Shown one piece after another: positions 59,940-64,000 of a DNA stretch of 64,000 bases. Source of the DNA: Cyanophora paradoxa CCMP329 (lineage: Eukaryota > Plantae > Glaucophyta); the NCBI GenBank assembly GCA_004431415.1, contig QPMI01000631.1:19560-83559 (forward strand). The letters run 5' to 3'. The position numbers and the translations under genes are program-made. Within the stretch, counting starts at the first letter, position 1. Every line of letters starts with the position of its first letter. The notes below the pieces were generated by a model. It made no database searches, was not told the origin of the DNA, and was given only the letters and a program-made list of their open reading frames with translations.

Positions 59940-61892
59940 GCGTCAGATTAATTAACCGCGGCCCTGCCCTTCCGCGCCCCTTGCCCTTTCCGCGCCCGCG
60001 GCCCAGCCCTCCGATCTCGGCGGCCTGCGGCGCGAAGCGCGGATCGTCCGAGGGGGCGGACTCCGTCTGGAAGATGGAGAAGAGGTAGCCGTCCGTGTTG
60101 TTGTCGGTGTTATTCTGTTGCGCGCGTGCGACCACTGCTTCAGCAGGTCGCGCCGCTGCGTCTCGGGCAGCGTCTTCGTGAGGTACTCCTGCAGCCGCCC
60201 GCCGTAATTTTCCTCCGGAATCAGCTCGGCGAGGATGGTGGGCGGGTCTTTTCCCATGCCGATTCTCCCCGGTTCAGGTCGTCGATGAGCTCCGCGTTCT
60301 GCAGGATTCTCTCCGCGTCCTGCCCGCCTCTTGCTGCAGCTGCTCCACCAGCCTCCTTCCGGCCTCCGCGAATTTGCCGGCCAGAATTTCGCCCAGCCTC
60401 TCGTAGACGGTTGTCGTACCCGGCTCCTTTTCCTTGAGTACCACGACCCAATCGTACTTTGCCCAGAGCACCTGCAGGTTCGATATGTGGTCGATCGTGA
60501 CGAGCACGTGGGCGTGCAAGCAGCCGTCGGTCGGCCCCACTTCCACGCCCCCCTGCACGCGAATTCCGATGATGGCGTTTGCAAAGGTATCGTCCTTGTA
60601 CTTGCCGTCCTCTTCCTTTAAATTAAATCGAATGAACTTGTAGAATTCGGCGTCCGAGAGCACCTGGGCCAGGCTGCCGCGGAAGGCCTCCACCTCGAAT
60701 TCTCTCGCGGCGCCCAGCCTCTTGTGTGTGTTGAAGAGCACCCAGTACCGCGACTGGCGCGCCTGTCGAATATCGTAGCGCGTGCTGCCGTCGCGTTCTT
60801 TTTGTTGAGGATGAAAACCGAGCGGCCCGTCTCGTTGATTTCGGTGATGACCTTTTCGAGCGCCTCCAGCCCGTTGGCCCTCGCGGCCTGCAGCCCCGTT
60901 TTCGTCTTTTCTATGTTCTCCTCACTCCGTCGATTTCCTTAGGATCTCGTCGATCCTGCTCATGTCGGGCGCGGCGATATCCTGCTTCCTAATTTTCTCC
61001 TGGCCCGAACCCGGCGCGATGGTCGACTGGCCGAAGGCGGCGGCCATATCCTTGGCGGATTTCGAGGCCTTCGTCTTCGGCCGCCCAGCACCGTCTGCGC
61101 CATCTGATTCTGCGCCTGCGCCGACACGGCCGTGGTGTCGCCCCTCTTGCGCCGCTGCAGGCCCAAATTCGCGAGGAGGCCGCGATCGTCCAGGAATCGG
61201 TAGCACTGCATGCAGAGCCACGAGTTCTTCGGGTACACCGGGGCAGCTGCGCGGGCTTCTTGTCTTTGATCGGGGGTACTTGTTTTTGGCCTTTGCGCCT
61301 TCGCCCACTCGTTTGCCTTGTCGACCTTTTTCGCGTAATCGGCGTACGCGCCTCCTTCTTCGCGGTCGCCTCCGCGACGGCCTCCGCGGTGCCCTTTTTG
61401 CGGGTATGCTCGGGATTTCGTACATGAGGCGCAGGCAGCGGTAGCAGACGGGCGGCGATTTTTGGGCGCTCTGGAAGGCGCGCGGGATGGCCCGCAGGCG
61501 CTCCTCGGGCAGCGCGTCGTAGAACTGCTTGCTGTGGATGCTCCAGAACGTGGCATCTTTGTAGTAGGCGTCGAGCGCAGTGGTTTCCGGTACCTGCACG
61601 CGCGTGATCGGATCCTCGAGAATTTTAACTACATCCGGGATGCCCTTCTGCATTTCGATGATCTGCCGTTTTCGCCTCGACCAGCACGGCCCGCTTTGGA
61701 ATTTCGACTATGGGCATATCGAGCTCGTTGTATTTCTTTCCTTCATCTTTCCCCCGCTCCCTTTGGCTTCGGCTCATCCTCGGCCTCTCTCTTCACTCTC
61801 CTCTGATTCCGATTCTGGCTTCTCCTCTTCTCGTACGCGACCCTCGGACTCGCTCTCCGGCTTCTTCTTACGGCCTCGGCGCTTCGGAGCAT
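59940..61892 (-). CDS. Long HUH-superfamily endonuclease with N-terminal basic/acidic region and two CxxC pairs (frameshifted)
   Basis: Motif I YWVLFNTHK, motif II EVGPTDGCLHAHVLVTIDH, motif III LQEYLTK. Upstream frames carry CYRC and CMQC and an N-terminal PKRRGRKKK. Confidence 0.75.
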
Positions 61893-61913
61893 ATTATTGG
61901 CTACAAGAAAAAA

Positions 61914-62744
61914 TTACACGAGCTTTACAGCACCCGTCTCGAGGGCCTCTACCGTCTTCGTAATGTACAGCTGCAGCAGATCCTAAGGTTGTCTGCGGTA
62001 GCAATTTACGTCTACGTGCATCTGCCTGGCGGTTCTCGCTTCCTGTAGCCCGTCTCCTTGCCCGTCCACTGCATGCCGAGGGCGTCCTTTCTCCGTATCG
62101 GGCCACCGCCGTCTTCTGGTACTCCTCTCCAACCAGTCGTCCTTGTAAAAATTCGGCAGGCCGCCCTGCCCTCCGTCGCATGAAATCGATGAGGAAATCC
62201 GACGCCCGCTTGCCGTCGAATTGCAGCCGCGAGTAGTGCACCAGCGTGAGCAGGATGTGCGCGTGAGCGCCCCGACCGCGGCCGTACTCGATGCCGATGT
62301 TCGCGTTGCCCCTCTCCACGTGCGTGTCGTACATGTCCGATTTAAAATCGAGACCCTTGGGTTCGCCTTGTCCGCGTATACCCCATCTTTATGCACTTTG
62401 CAGCTGCCTGTCGTCGTAGAAAAGGGCCTCCAGCCCCTGTGAAAGGCGTCTTGAACCTTGGAGCCTTCTCCCTGCTCCGGGGCTTGTAGTTGGTCTGGAT
62501 GGTGATCATAAATTCGACTCGCGCTGCGGCCTCTGCTCGACTACCCCGGACGGCGTCGTGAAGGTCTTGGTGGCGCGCGTCCAGCACTTCTGGAACCACG
62601 TCTTGCGGGTGCCAGCACCTTGTCTTGATGTTGCCCACCACGATGTGAGTCTCTACCCGGAGCGGCCGGAGGCGTCATGCGGAGGTGCGGGTTCGGGCGC
62701 GGGTTGCCTGTTTGCTGCTACGCCCTCGCGATGAGGTTGAGCAT
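61914..62744 (-). CDS. Short HUH-superfamily endonuclease (frameshifted)
   Basis: Motif I FMITIQTNYK, motif II IEYGRGRGAHAHILLTLVHYSRLQFD, motif III LQLYITK. Confidence 0.78.
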
Positions 62745-62813
62745 GTCAGACCAAGGCTAGAAAATTTTCCGAGGCTAGGGTGAGCTCCACGTGGGCCCGG
62801 GTACGCCTGCGCC

Positions 62814-62890
62814 TCACCTGAGCGATCACCTGAGCCTCACATGAATCACCTGAGCAACGCCTTCTGTCACATCTGCGGGCTCACCTCGCT
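62814..62890. promoter_or_regulatory. Iteron-like TCACCTGAGC repeats between divergent HUH and VLTF3 genes
   Basis: Three exact TCACCTGAGC copies plus the variants TCACATGAA, TCACATCTGC and TCACCTCGC. Confidence 0.5.
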
Positions 62891-62968
62891 GGGACCCACT
62901 CGATTGCGTGAAGCCAGTTTGCTACTTCTGCAAGGGCGTAGCTCAGCTGCAGTACGAGGACTCGAGGA

Positions 62969-63785
62969 ATGGCAGACTCTGGCGAAATCGATCTCCTCCT
63001 CCGAACTTTGAGCAGATCCAGCGCTACGGCGCCATCCTTCACGACGAGGGGACCAGACTTCGACACTCCGGCACCGTACCCGCCGCCCGCGCCCATCACC
63101 AGTTCCTACCTTGGAGCGGAGAGCGCCCCCGCAACGCAACCGTCGCACCCAAGGCCCAAGGCGAAGCGCTTCCCCTGCGGAAATTGCGGCTCTACCCGCC
63201 TCGTTGGTGTTCACCTGGATGGGGATCTGGTTTGCCAAGGCTGCGGTCTGGTCCTGGATCTTTATTATCCGGACCATCAACCCCTGGCTGTCAGCGAAAT
63301 CCACAGCAACTACCTGCGCAAGTACCACGTATCTGAGCGACTTAAGCAGCACTGCCTGGAGGATTCTCCTGTACCCGAGGACGTGCTGGCAGCTATTGCG
63401 AGGCGCATGGCAGGGAAGGAGTGGAGCAAAGACAATATCCGCCAAGTTCTCCGGGCTCTGAAGCAGCAGAAGTACATCGAGCGCTGGGCGCAGATCAAGT
63501 GGCGCATCACGGGCGAGCGCCCGCCTCCGATGAGCGCGGAGGATATGGACCGGGTGCAGGAGATGTTCGCCCTGGTGGAGGTCCCCTTCAGCATTTTCAA
63601 GTCGCAGGGTAGGGAATATGCTCAACTACAACTACGTTTTCAGGCAGATTTTCGTGCTGCTAGATTTGCCCCAGCACCTCCCCTACTTTCCCTTGCTCAA
63701 GAGCAGGCAGAAACTCTCGGAGTTAGATTCGATTTGGAACAGGATCTGCGAGTACAACGACTGGCATTTCTTTCCTACTCTTTAG
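62969..63785 (+). CDS. VLTF3: Viral late transcription factor 3-like (VLTF3/poxvirus A2 family), one frameshift near 63613
   Basis: Zn ribbon CGNC...LVCQGCG, YLRKYHVSERLKQ, IRQVLRALKQQKYIE, then NMLNYNYVFRQIFVLL...YFPLLKSRQKLSELDSIWNRIC...WHFFPTL. Confidence 0.92.
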
Positions 63786-64000
63786 CTACTCTTTAGTGAT
63801 CGCGGCGGCCTTCCGCTCGAGCGCCTGCTTGATTCCGAAGCTCGCGCTGGTAGCCTTGATTAGCATGTTCGTCTGCCCGTGTGTAAATCAGGATGAACAT
63901 AATTCCGCCGGTGGGCGTCGTCGAAAAAACTTGAGGGTGAGCACGTATTTCGAGAAGCAGGCCGAGGAGAGGCCGTTGACGGCGACTTGCGCGGCGAGCT
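63786..64000 (-). CDS. 3' end of a further viral gene, truncated by the window edge
   Basis: Coding-like frames ending FGIKQALERKAAAITKE-stop, abutting the VLTF3 stop. Confidence 0.4.

Larger units (their letters stand above)
45700..64000. mobile_element. Endogenous DNA virus, mriyavirus/Yaravirus-like, extending past the window end; left boundary approximate
   Basis: Abrupt switch to compact intron-poor genes with lower GC. Contains VLTF3, two HUH endonucleases, a penton-like protein, fibre proteins and a shared upstream motif. Confidence 0.8.

Noticed and set aside
59940-62744. Helitron or CRESS-virus Rep
   Set aside because: No fused PIF1 or SF3 helicase (no Walker A seen), and the genes are embedded among dsDNA-virus genes.
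45700-64000. Major capsid protein, packaging ATPase, DNA polymerase or integrase
   Set aside because: No supporting motifs recognised within the window; they may lie beyond position 64000.

Overview
Eukaryotic, very GC-rich, intron-dense algal/protist DNA. An MAxxAFV-type plastid transit peptide and a CruP gene suggest a glaucophyte such as Cyanophora (inference). Host part (1 to about 45,700): a membrane HAMP/FixL-type PAS/adenylyl cyclase/phosphodiesterase fusion gene, a BTB-LRR gene, a Trk/HKT transporter head-to-head with malate dehydrogenase, CruP, an SSNA1-like coiled-coil gene, an Atg22-like MFS transporter with an inverted partial copy, MITE-like elements, palindrome-rich filler DNA and tRNA-Lys(UUU). 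From about 45,700 to the window end the sequence switches to compact, nearly intron-free, heavily frameshifted viral genes: VLTF3, two tandem HUH endonucleases, a penton-like protein, and three phage-like fibre genes (FN3/Gly-rich, S74-chaperone fibre, and a very long coiled-coil plus fibre protein). These genes share an AT-rich upstream motif. The best interpretation is an endogenous mriyavirus/Yaravirus-like virus that continues beyond the window. Host exon boundaries and frameshift joins were read by eye and are approximate.
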